Assembly: GCA_963780895.1 (NCBI GenBank)
Contig: CAWAEG010000007.1
Span: 128,289-192,288, forward strand
Length of the DNA stretch: 64,000 bases
Direction of reading: 5' to 3'
From: an uncultured Acidobacteriota bacterium
GTDB lineage: Bacteria; Acidobacteriota; Vicinamibacteria; Vicinamibacterales; SCN-69-37
Shown here: one piece after another, positions 9,121-17,237 of the stretch
Numbering within the stretch: the stretch's first letter is position 1
Layout of the letters: every line of letters begins with the position of its first letter
The notes under the pieces: model-generated
The model's input: only the letters and a program-made list of their open reading frames with translations
Databases searched by the model: none
Told to the model about the DNA's origin: nothing
Made by a program: the position numbers and the translations under genes

Positions 9121-9327
9121 ATGGCTGGAGGGAAGGAGACCAAAGTCGTCGACCTGCTGCGGTACCGCAATGACCGGCACACGAATCCGCTGCCGTTGTT
9201 CGATACGCCAACAAATCCGCCCCTTCACGTGACGATCGAGCCGTTTCGCGTGCTGTCCGAGCGAGAGGTATCCCACCGCGCGCGTATGCTGTCGCACCTG
9301 AGGGCGGTGCCCGCCGTCCGGCCATAG
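9121..9327 (+). CDS. hypothetical small protein (68 aa)
   Basis: ATG at 9121 preceded by GGGAGG 6 nt upstream. Sits inside track ORF 9097..9327. No recognised motif. Confidence 0.4.
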   Translation: MAGGKETKVVDLLRYRNDRHTNPLPLFDTPTNPPLHVTIEPFRVLSEREVSHRARMLSHLRAVPAVRP

Positions 9328-9333
9328 CGGGCC

Positions 9334-10113
9334 CTACAGGCCTAAGGCTTTTCGATAGATCGCGCCATAACCCTCACGTAACGTGTCGATCCTCGCCGAG
9401 GGCAATCCATAGGTCGAGAGCCAGAACCCGGCCCGGCACCCGGCGGGATCCGGCTCCATTTCGAGGAACAGGATCGCCTCGTTGGCCTCGGCGATCGTGA
9501 ATCCCATCTGCCCCGTGCCATCACTCCTGGCGACCACGGTGCCGGAGATCGCGTCGCCGGCCGAGGTCCGATCGCTGAAGGCGCCGTCCGCGCCCGCGGA
9601 GGAGAGCGCTCCGCGCGTCGAAAAGCCTTCGGGCCCCATCAGTCGCGCAAAGGCACGGGCGCGTGACAGCGGCACGCGCTCGCGAAACGAGATCACGTCG
9701 CGCGGTGTGCCGCGATGCCGTTCCAGATACCACCGGAGGTGCTGCACGAAGTAAGCCCAGCCGCCGTCCACCATATGAAACTCATCGTCCCAATCGGGGC
9801 CGGCGCCGAAGCCCGACTGGACGAGCCGGACCACCGTCTTTCCGCCCTGCGCTTCGAGGTGGAAATCGATCGCGAGCTTCACCGGCCCGCGCTCCTCGGT
9901 CCACTGAAAGTGCCGGTTCGGTTCCCACGCCGTGATCGGGGCCTTGCCTTCCGCGCCGCTGCCCCAGGAAATCCAGATCGATCCGCCAAGACCGGGCTCG
10001 ACGCGCGCGTCGATGGGAAACCAGCGCTTGAGTTCTTCAGCGTCCGTGAGCGCGCGCCACACGACGTCGGGCGGCGCGTCGATGACGACCTCCTTTCGGA
10101 TTGCGCGGCTCAT
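9334..10113 (-). CDS. SRPBCC (AHSA1/START-like) domain protein
   Basis: The N-terminus IRKEVVIDAPPDVVWRALTDAEELKRWFP is the classic AHSA1/SRPBCC opening. ATGA overlap with the upstream small gene. Confidence 0.8.
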   Translation of the reverse strand: MSRAIRKEVVIDAPPDVVWRALTDAEELKRWFPIDARVEPGLGGSIWISWGSGAEGKAPITAWEPNRHFQWTEERGPVKLAIDFHLEAQGGKTVVRLVQSGFGAGPDWDDEFHMVDGGWAYFVQHLRWYLERHRGTPRDVISFRERVPLSRARAFARLMGPEGFSTRGALSSAGADGAFSDRTSAGDAISGTVVARSDGTGQMGFTIAEANEAILFLEMEPDPAGCRAGFWLSTYGLPSARIDTLREGYGAIYRKALGL

Positions 10114-10325
10114 TTCATCCTCCGGTGCGTGACGTCGCCCATCCGGTAGAGCCCGTCCATCGACCCCTTGCCTTCGCGCGCCGCCAGCATCTTGTGTTCA
10201 GCCGCCGGCTGCATCTTCTCCAGCATGGCCTGCTGCATGGCCTTCTTCTGCTCCGGGGTCGGCTGCTGGGCACTGGCGACCGTGCCGCCGGATATCAGGG
10301 ACAGAATCAACAGCACGCGAGTCAT
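10110..10325 (-). CDS. small secreted protein (71 aa)
   Basis: Start chosen at ATG 10325 (MTRVLLILSLISGGTVASAQ signal peptide), with GGAGG 7 nt upstream. Lies between the ArsR and SRPBCC genes on the same strand. Confidence 0.55.
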   Translation of the reverse strand: MTRVLLILSLISGGTVASAQQPTPEQKKAMQQAMLEKMQPAAEHKMLAAREGKGSMDGLYRMGDVTHRRMK

Positions 10326-10366
10326 CGAGTTCCTCCTACGAGCCATTTCCATCGATCCTTCCTGGG

Positions 10367-11068
10367 TTATTTCGACCGCCGGGATTTCGGCCGGGCCGGC
10401 GGCTGGGCCTTTCCGCGTGCCGGCGCGCCGACCGGGTGCGCGCCGACGAACAGCCGGTAGGCGCGCCCGTCTTCCGCCAGACCGTCGTGATACTTCGAGA
10501 CCAGCCGGTTGACGGTCTCGATGAGCTCGTTGGCGAAGCGCTCGCGATTGGCCGGCGTCGCGAAGCGGATTTCGGTGTCGAGTGTGAGGGTCGTCAGCCG
10601 TTTCCCGGCGAGATGGGCCTGCTCGGCGAGATCGGCGACTTCACGAATCGTCCGCGCCGCGACTGCCACCTGGTACGTCGCCGAGAACTTGTCGGTGATC
10701 TCTGTGGGGCCGGGACTCGTCAACCCCAACGCGTCGGGGGAGAGCAGGTAGTGCGCGGCGGTGGCCCGGACGAGGCGTTCCTCGAGTCCGCGCCGCTGCC
10801 GGCGCTCGACCTCCTCGACGAGGCCGGCGGTTTCCAGCGCGCGGATGTGGTAGTTGGCGAGCTGGCGCGACAACCCGAGCCGGCCGGCGATCGTGGTGGC
10901 GGACCCCGGCGTCTGCAGCAGGCCGAGGATCCGCCGGCGCGTCGGGGCCACGAGCGCGCCGGCGGCCCGGTCGCGCGTGACGACGGCGACGCCCGACGAT
11001 GGCGACGCGGGCGTGGTGTCCGACGCGGCCTGGTCGATCGGGGCGAGGCGGGCCTGACGGCGAGCCAT
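10367..11068 (-). CDS. ArsR-family winged-helix transcriptional regulator with C-terminal extension
   Basis: RRRILGLLQTPGSATTIAGRLGLSRQLANYHIRALETAGLV is an ArsR-type HTH. It is the first gene of the ArsR / small protein / SRPBCC operon. Confidence 0.85.
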   Translation of the reverse strand: MARRQARLAPIDQAASDTTPASPSSGVAVVTRDRAAGALVAPTRRRILGLLQTPGSATTIAGRLGLSRQLANYHIRALETAGLVEEVERRQRRGLEERLVRATAAHYLLSPDALGLTSPGPTEITDKFSATYQVAVAARTIREVADLAEQAHLAGKRLTTLTLDTEIRFATPANRERFANELIETVNRLVSKYHDGLAEDGRAYRLFVGAHPVGAPARGKAQPPARPKSRRSK

Positions 11069-11102
11069 GCGGCATCCTATATTTGAAAATTTATTTTGTC
11101 AA
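11069..11102 (-). promoter_or_regulatory. sigma70-like promoter TTGACA-N17-TAGGAT predicting a leaderless arsR-family mRNA
   Basis: On the minus strand, TTGACA (11102-11097), a 17-nt AT-rich spacer, TAGGAT (11079-11074), then 5 nt and the ATG at 11068. This is the only strongly AT-rich patch nearby, and there is no SD. Confidence 0.45.
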
Positions 11103-11372
11103 ATCGAATCGTCGGGATCCCCGGCCGGGTCCGATCGCAGTCGCATGCGCCGCGGCGGCCGGGCGCCACTCCTTCGCACCGTGCACACGCGCGGCACGTC
11201 CGCCATCTGACACGCCGGCTGTGTAAGAACCTCCGCACTGTGTAGAAGTGCGCGACGACCCCTCGGCCGCTTCGCGCACATTTCTTCCAGAACTTGCTGC
11301 TCGCGACTGGCATGGGGCGTGCTACTTTGGAAGAGCGACCGATGTCCATCGGGACGCGAAAGCGAGGCGGTC

Positions 11373-11693
11373 ATGGAGTCCTATTCGGAACCCGGCTTCA
11401 ATGAACGGGACAACAGCCGGTTGTTCTTTTACGGATTGTTGTTCGGTGCCGCGCTGGGCGCGGCGGCGGGGATGCTCCTCGCGCCCAGGGCGGGCGCGGA
11501 GCTGCGGCACGAGATGACGGATTCGGCCCGGCGCCTACGGCGCAAGGCCGGGGAAGTGTACGACGAGGCGTCGCATGTCGTCGGCGATGTGGCGGCCCGA
11601 AGCCGCCGCGCATTCGAGGCGGGGCGGGAGGCTCTTCAGACTGCGCGCCCATCGAGCGGCCGAACGTCTTCCGTCGATTCCCCGGTGTCTTGA
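11373..11693 (+). CDS. YtxH-domain protein
   Basis: Start at ATG 11373 (MESYSEP...). GLLFGAALGAAAGMLLAPRAGAELR followed by a helical tail is the YtxH pattern. Confidence 0.75.
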   Translation: MESYSEPGFNERDNSRLFFYGLLFGAALGAAAGMLLAPRAGAELRHEMTDSARRLRRKAGEVYDEASHVVGDVAARSRRAFEAGREALQTARPSSGRTSSVDSPVS

Positions 11694-11842
11694 CGCCCCC
11701 GCCGTCGCCATGCGGTGGCGGTTAATCGCGCGGGGGATTGGCGCACAGGGCTGAAGCGGCAGGAGCGCGGGTGGCGCCTTCCGGGAGGGGAGGGTGACAT
11801 TCCGCCTCCTGCCGCAATTATTTTTCAGCTATCCTTCGACCC

Positions 11843-13189
11843 GTGCGGCGGGCCATCGCCATCGTCGCCTGTCTCCTCGCCGGGTTCGCGAGCGCGCCGG
11901 CCAGTCCCGCTCTGTCCTCCTCGCCTCGCCCCGCCCAGACCAGGCCGCTCCAGGACGAAGCCCGCAACGTCGCCCGATGGCTCCGCGCCGTCGCGCTGCC
12001 ACAAGGCACGACCCTCGCCTGGGCCGGAACGCCCGGGCCTTCCGCGAAACCGATCGCCAATCTGTATTCAGGGTCCGCCGGCGTCGTCCTGTTCTTTCTC
12101 GAGCTCCATCACGCGACTGGCGATCCGCGCGACCTCGCGACCGCGCGGTCGGGCGCGGACTGGCTGCTGACCCAGATCGAGACGGAGACAGAGACCGGGC
12201 TCTACACCGGCCTCGCGGGACTCGGATTCACGCTGACCGAAACCTGGAAAGCGACCCAAGACCAGAAATACCGTGACGGCGCCAACCGGGTCGTCGATCG
12301 GCTGAAGACGATGGCCAAGCCCGCCGGCGACGCCGTCGAATGGTCACCGGTGAGCGACATCATCTCCGGCACGGCCGGCGTCGGTCTCGCGCTCCTCTCG
12401 GCGAGCCGCGATCTCGACCGCGCGGATGCGCGTGATCTGGCGGCCGCGGCAGGCCGCCGGCTGATTTCACAGCAGATCGCCGCCGACGGCGGCACGAAGT
12501 GGGCGATGACGCCCGCGAACCCCACGCGCCTCTATCCGAACTTTTCTCACGGCACCGCCGGGGTGGCCTATTTCCTCGTGGCGCTGCACCAGGCGACGGG
12601 CGAGCGCCGGTTCCTGGACGCCGGTCTTTCGGGCGCGCGGTATCTCGTCAAGACGGCGAAGACAGACGGCGACGTCTGCCTCGTGTTTCACCATGAGCCT
12701 GAGGCGGACGGCCTGGACCTGTTCTATCTCGGCTGGTGCCACGGTCCGGCGGGCACGGGACGGCTGTTCCATCGGCTCGCGGCGGTGACCGGCGATCGCG
12801 AGTGGCGCACCTGGTTCACGCGGGCGGCCAACGGCATCCGTCAGAGCGGAATACCTGAGCGCGAGACGCCGGGCTTCTGGAACAACGTGGGACAGTGCTG
12901 CGGATCGGCGAGCGTCGCCGATTTTTTCCTCTCCTATCACCAGGTCACGCGTGACGCGTCCGCGCTCGCGTTCGCGCGCCGCGTGACGGATCAGATTCTC
13001 GCGAAAGCCACCCGCGACGAGACGGGTACGCGGTGGACGCACGCCGAGCACCGCGTTCAGCCCGGGAATCTCGCCGCGCAGACCGGATGGATGCAGGGCG
13101 CGGCCGGCATCGGCGCGTGGCTGCTGCGCCTCGACGGCGTCGATCGAGGCCGCGACGTGTTCGTGAAGTTTCCCGACTCGCCCTTCTAG
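11843..13189 (+). CDS. secreted LanC-like (lanthionine synthetase C family) protein
   Basis: Signal peptide. Repeated GxAG motifs (GSAGVVLF, GLAGLGF, GTAGVGLAL, SHGTAGVAYF, GWCHGPAGTG, CCGSAS, GAAGIGAWL) fit the LanC alpha-toroid and its Zn ligands. Confidence 0.8.
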   Translation: MRRAIAIVACLLAGFASAPASPALSSSPRPAQTRPLQDEARNVARWLRAVALPQGTTLAWAGTPGPSAKPIANLYSGSAGVVLFFLELHHATGDPRDLATARSGADWLLTQIETETETGLYTGLAGLGFTLTETWKATQDQKYRDGANRVVDRLKTMAKPAGDAVEWSPVSDIISGTAGVGLALLSASRDLDRADARDLAAAAGRRLISQQIAADGGTKWAMTPANPTRLYPNFSHGTAGVAYFLVALHQATGERRFLDAGLSGARYLVKTAKTDGDVCLVFHHEPEADGLDLFYLGWCHGPAGTGRLFHRLAAVTGDREWRTWFTRAANGIRQSGIPERETPGFWNNVGQCCGSASVADFFLSYHQVTRDASALAFARRVTDQILAKATRDETGTRWTHAEHRVQPGNLAAQTGWMQGAAGIGAWLLRLDGVDRGRDVFVKFPDSPF

Positions 13190-13191
13190 CG

Positions 13192-13656
13192 CTACCGCGG
13201 TTTTCGCTTCGATACGTCCGGGACCTCTACGCCCAGCGCAGTGGCCAGATCGATCTGGTGTTCCTGTTCCTGTCGAAGGATTTCGCGGATGTCTTCGGCG
13301 ATCGCGTACTCCTGAAGTTCCTCGCACTCGCGCAGACGCTCGCGATAGTTGCGCACCGTGTCGTTCTCGTTCTCGAGGTCGGCGCGCAGCATGACCTTCG
13401 GATCGTCCGAGAGCTTGACGGCCTTCGCCGTCGCCGTCGGCATGCCGCCGAGATAGTCGATGTGCTTGGCGATGGTCAGCGCGTGCTGCAGCTCCTGGGC
13501 GGCGTGGAGCTCGAGCTCGCTCGCGATGCTCATGTACTGGGCGCCCTTGAGCACCTGCGAGTACACGACGTACGCGATGATCGCCTGGTATTCGCGTGAA
13601 AGATCTTCGTTCAGCTTTTCAGCAAGCTGCTTCCGGGTGATGGTCGTGTCGGCCAT
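13192..13656 (-). CDS. ferritin-like (bacterioferritin/Dps-like) protein
   Basis: Start at the second ATG (13656), with GGAG 8 nt upstream. EYQAIIAY..., ELELHAAQELQHA and ENENDTVRNYRERL form a four-helix ferritin-like pattern. Confidence 0.75.
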   Translation of the reverse strand: MADTTITRKQLAEKLNEDLSREYQAIIAYVVYSQVLKGAQYMSIASELELHAAQELQHALTIAKHIDYLGGMPTATAKAVKLSDDPKVMLRADLENENDTVRNYRERLRECEELQEYAIAEDIREILRQEQEHQIDLATALGVEVPDVSKRKPR

Positions 13657-13706
13657 GATCTGCTCCAGGTACATTGCTAGCAGGATTCATGCCGAAATGC
13701 GAGCGT

Positions 13707-15069
13707 TTATCCCGCCGGTTGTGTAACCGGACCGAAATCGAGACGCACCCGGAACTCCCTCCTGAGCAGCAGGAGGTTCAGGCACAGCTGAATCATCACC
13801 GACGCGACCGAGAGGTACCACACCCAACGAAGCTGGAACCCGGGCTGTCCCGACAGGATGATCACCGGGATCGCGACGAGCAGGATGCGCGTGAACGACG
13901 TGGCGACTGCGGGGAGCGTGTTGCCCATCGCCTGGAACATGCTCGAGCTCACGAAGATGATCCCCGACGCCAGGAAGGACCACGAGATGATCCCCAGATA
14001 TTCGGCGCCTGTGGCGATGACGGCCGGATCGCTCGAGAAGAAGCGGATCACGGCGGCCGGAGCCATCTGCAGAACCAGCACGGCGCCCACCATGGCGGCG
14101 AACGCCATGCTGGCCGCGGACCGGAAGGTATCGCGCACGCGCGAGGCCTGGCGTGCGCCGAAGTTCTGGCCCGCCACGGGCGCGACGGCGAAGCCCAGCG
14201 CGACGATCGGAAGGAACAGCGCCTGCACGATTCGCGTGCCCATCCCGAACCCGGCCTGCGCGGCCGCGCCGAACCGCCGGCTGACCACGTAAACGAGGAT
14301 GAGGTACGCGGCCATCAGCGCGAATTCGGTCCCCGCCGGAATGCCGATCTTGAGAATCCGCCCCCAGGTGGAAAGCGACGGGCGCCAACTCGAGGGCCGG
14401 AATTTCAGATAGGCCTCCGCCGGCAGGAAATACAGTGCGAGACCGGCGGTGCCCGCCAGGACCGCGATGAACGTCGCGAGCGCCGCGCCGGCGACGCCGA
14501 GCGGATAGCCGGTGACCCAGCCGAAGATCAGGAACGGCGCCAGAATGATGTTGAGGATCACCGTGCTCGTCTGAATGACCATGCTGGGCTTGAACTGCCC
14601 CGTTCCGCGCATCGCGGATCCCATGGCCACCAGCGCGAACTGCACGGCCATCGCGGGAATGAACCAGCCGAGATACTCGGACGCCAGCCGGGCCGTGATC
14701 GCGTCGGCGCTGAGACTCCGGGTATAGGACGCACGCAGCGCCATCGCGACGACGAAGAACAGCGCGCCGGCGACGATCGAGAGGACGTGCGACTGGTTGA
14801 AGACGAACAGCGCCTGTTCGCGGTCCTTGCGTCCCACCGCGTGCGAGACGAGCGTCGTCGTGCCGACGCCGAGCATCTGCGTCAGGGCCAGCACCATGAA
14901 CATCAGATTGGTACTCGAGCGCGACCGCCGCGACCGGCTCCGTGCCGAGCCGCGCGACCCAGTACAAGTCCACCAACACATAGAGCGTCTGGAAGACCAT
15001 CCCCACGAGCATGAAGCTCGTGGTCTTGACCAGATGTCCCGCGATCGAGCCGGTGGTGAGATCCTGCAT
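13707..15069 (-). pseudogene. MATE-family efflux transporter with an apparent +1 frame disruption near 14905-14925
   Basis: The N-terminus MQDLTTGSIAGHLVKTTSFMLVGMVFQTLYVLVDLYWVARLGTEPVAAVAL is in the frame of track ORF 13687..15069. The rest (SSTNLMFMVLALTQMLGVGTTTLVSHAVGRKD... through 12 TM segments) is in the frame of ORF 13707..15323. Confidence 0.65.
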
Positions 15070-15088
15070 GAGACGCCAGAGGTCCGGC

Positions 15089-15343
15089 TCAGTGGTCCTC
15101 GTGGCGGTGCTCGTTGATTTCCCGCTCCATGGCTTCGTTGTCGCGACGCGCGGTCGTGGCCGCTTTCGTCCGGGCTTTCGTCGCGGCGGCCTGGGTTTTT
15201 TCCGCGGAGCTCACCGCGAAGCTCGAGAACCGGCGCTCGAGATCGCGGCCGTGACACGACGGGCACTCGGCGACGGTGTTGTGAAGCACCAGCGCCTCGA
15301 ACTCGTGACCGCACGACCGGCACTCGAAATCAAAGATGGGCAC
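15089..15343 (-). CDS. FmdB-family zinc-ribbon protein
   Basis: GTG start at 15343 (VPIFDFECRSCGHEFEALV...CPSCHG), with GGAGG upstream. Classic CxxC...CxxC FmdB opening. Confidence 0.75.
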   Translation of the reverse strand: MPIFDFECRSCGHEFEALVLHNTVAECPSCHGRDLERRFSSFAVSSAEKTQAAATKARTKAATTARRDNEAMEREINEHRHEDH

Positions 15344-15698
15344 GGGCTGCCTCCGATCGGGGAGTTCTAGGATACCTCCTCGTGCCGGTCTCACGGCAGC
15401 GTGTTACCCAGACTGGCCAACCGGCTACCGTGAGGCCGTGGTCCGGCAGCCGGCATCGGATGAACCCGCTCGGCCCGGCATTTGCGCTGATTCGGGGGCG
15501 CGCGCTCGCGCGTGATCAGGTGACGCGTGGCATCAACCGCTCTCGAAGATATCTGCGAGCGGCCGGCCACGACGTGTCAAACCGCCATTCGTCGGCGGCG
15601 TGCTGACCGCCGGGTGTGTCACGCTCGCCTGGCCTCGGCGATGAGGCGAGCGGCGGGCGATAGAATCCGTCCGACGACCAGACGGTCAGGAGGAGCTC

Positions 15699-16067
15699 AT
15701 GCGAAAGATCTTCGGAATCGCCGCCATCCTTGCCTGTGTGACGCAGCTCGGCGCGCAGACGCCGCCGGCTGCGCAGACCGGCACGCGACGCATTCCTCAA
15801 TTCGAAAACGATCACGTGCGGGTGTGGAAGAGCATCATCGAGCCCAACCAGCCGCTGACTCAGCACCGGCACGAGCAGGGCCGCACGCTCATCGCCCTCA
15901 CCGGCGGCACGATGAAGATCGTCCAGGCCAACGGGTCGTCGAAAAACGTGGTCTGGGAGACGGGGAAGGCCTACTGGCTGGACGCCGACCCGCCCGGCCA
16001 GACGCACGCCGACGTCAACGAAGGGCCGCGGGCGATCGAGGTGATTGTCGTGGAGATGAAGAAGTGA
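15699..16067 (+). CDS. secreted small cupin-like protein
   Basis: Signal peptide MRKIFGIAAILACVTQLGAQ. The beta-rich body with HRHEQGRTLIALTGG resembles a cupin metal motif (by eye only). Confidence 0.55.
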   Translation: MRKIFGIAAILACVTQLGAQTPPAAQTGTRRIPQFENDHVRVWKSIIEPNQPLTQHRHEQGRTLIALTGGTMKIVQANGSSKNVVWETGKAYWLDADPPGQTHADVNEGPRAIEVIVVEMKK

Positions 16068-16068
16068 C

Positions 16069-16281
16069 TTACCAGAGGTGAAGCGCCGAAAGGGCGCGCC
16101 TCAGCAGCTTCACTTTGACCTTGGCTTCGTCGAGCCGATCCAGCGCCCCGAGCGGCCGGTTCTTCCAGTCGCTGTCGCGCCGGCCGCCACGCCAGGCCTT
16201 CCGGCGGTCGGGCACCTGACGGCGATCCAGCGTCGGGACCGGTGGGGGAACGTCACCAAGTTCGCTGACGATGTGTTTCAT
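16069..16281 (-). CDS. hypothetical small basic protein
   Basis: 70-aa ORF convergent with the cupin gene. No recognised motif, and coding status is uncertain. Confidence 0.3.
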   Translation of the reverse strand: MKHIVSELGDVPPPVPTLDRRQVPDRRKAWRGGRRDSDWKNRPLGALDRLDEAKVKVKLLRRALSALHLW

Positions 16282-16353
16282 GACCCGTGTATCGGCACAA
16301 GTCTGAACAACAGCAGCGGATGATCGTGTGAAAACGTAGCCCGAGCGCCTTCG

Positions 16354-16737
16354 ATGCTGTTCGCCCGTGCCCTCGTGTCGTTCCTCGTGCTCCCCGGCGT
16401 GGTCGCCGGATTGATCCCGTGGCTCATCGTTTCGGCGAACCGTTTCGAGCCCACCAATGGCTGGTTCTGGCCGGGGCTGGGCGTTCTTTCAACGGGACTC
16501 GCCATCCTGCTCTGGTGCGTACGGGACTTCTACGTCACCGGGAAAGGCACGCTCGCGCCGTGGGATCCGCCGCTGGCTCTGATCGTCATTTTCCATCTTC
16601 GCGTGGTCTTTTTTGAAGAAGCCTGGCTGGCAAAGTCGTTTCCAGCGGAATGGAACGCGTACCGCGCCGCGGTTCCGCGCTGGCTGCCGCGCATCAGTAC
16701 AGGAACGCGGGCGGAGAGACGCGACGGAGAACGATAA
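16354..16737 (+). CDS. isoprenylcysteine carboxyl methyltransferase (ICMT/PEMT)-like membrane protein, apparently internally deleted
   Basis: The family-typical ends are present (LWCVRDFYVTGKGTLAPWDPP ... FHLRVVFFEEAWLAKSFPAEWNAYRAAVPRWLPR). The central RNPMY-containing segment I expect between them is missing. Confidence 0.5.
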   Translation: MLFARALVSFLVLPGVVAGLIPWLIVSANRFEPTNGWFWPGLGVLSTGLAILLWCVRDFYVTGKGTLAPWDPPLALIVIFHLRVVFFEEAWLAKSFPAEWNAYRAAVPRWLPRISTGTRAERRDGER

Positions 16738-17068
16738 GGCCGTCGTACTGGTCGGCGGCAACAAGGCGCTGCTCGAGCCGGCCATCGAAGCGCGCCGGAA
16801 CCGGTGAGCGAAGCCACTTCATCCCCGCACTCACACCGGTGTCGATGTCGAGGAAGAGCGCCGCCGCTTCCGTAGCGCCCATCCCATGACCTGCTTCGCC
16901 AAGCTGGACGATGCGTACGCCGTCGAGCAGCGGCTTCAGGAACGCGAGATCCTGGTTGTCGGTCGCGACGAGCGACATGATGGGGCGAATCGGCGACGAC
17001 TGGGCCCACGGGGTCGTCGACGAGACGAGCGCGGCGATCGCAAAGGCGACGGATCGCATCGAGCGCAA
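16694..17068 (-). CDS. erythromycin-esterase-family remnant (N- and C-terminal ends only)
   Basis: Signal peptide plus VRIVQLGEAGHG (an Ere-type N-terminal motif), joined directly to a C-terminal-like ALFLDIDTG...YDGLIVLRRVSPP. It is 124 aa, whereas I recall several hundred aa for the family. Confidence 0.45.
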   Translation of the reverse strand: MRSMRSVAFAIAALVSSTTPWAQSSPIRPIMSLVATDNQDLAFLKPLLDGVRIVQLGEAGHGMGATEAAALFLDIDTGVSAGMKWLRSPVPARFDGRLEQRLVAADQYDGLIVLRRVSPPAFLY

Positions 17069-17104
17069 CGATACACTCGGAATCTCAACTTCATTTTTCG
17101 CTTA

Positions 17105-17197
17105 ATGAAAGATGGCGGGCGTCAGCTCGTTCCTTGGACCCGACGTACCCGTCGTACCTGATGTACCCGACGTACCGACAAGCGCTTTTCAGAATCT
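17105..17197. repeat. family B dispersed repeat, half copy (GTACCGAC-RAGCGCTTTTCAG units)
   Basis: aaagatggcgggcgtcagctcgttccttggacccgacgtacc...cgtaccgacaagcgcttttcagaatc matches the right half of the 23963-24271 palindrome. The track ORF N-terminus MAGVSSFLGPDVP... is a translation of it. Confidence 0.75.
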
Positions 17198-17237
17198 ATG
17201 TTATAGAGGCGTGCACATCTTCGATGAGAGGTCTGTC

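Noticed and set aside
14900-14925. Programmed ribosomal frameshifting in the MATE gene (and likewise at 33505-33548 in the STAND gene)
   Set aside because: I see no slippery heptamer, no rare or stop codon at the shift site, and no obvious downstream pseudoknot. Mutation or an assembly indel is the simpler explanation.
13674-15014. 446-aa + strand ORF
   Set aside because: It is antisense to the MATE transporter. The extreme R/E/D/H/G composition (RDRDEQDARERRGD...) is not protein-like.
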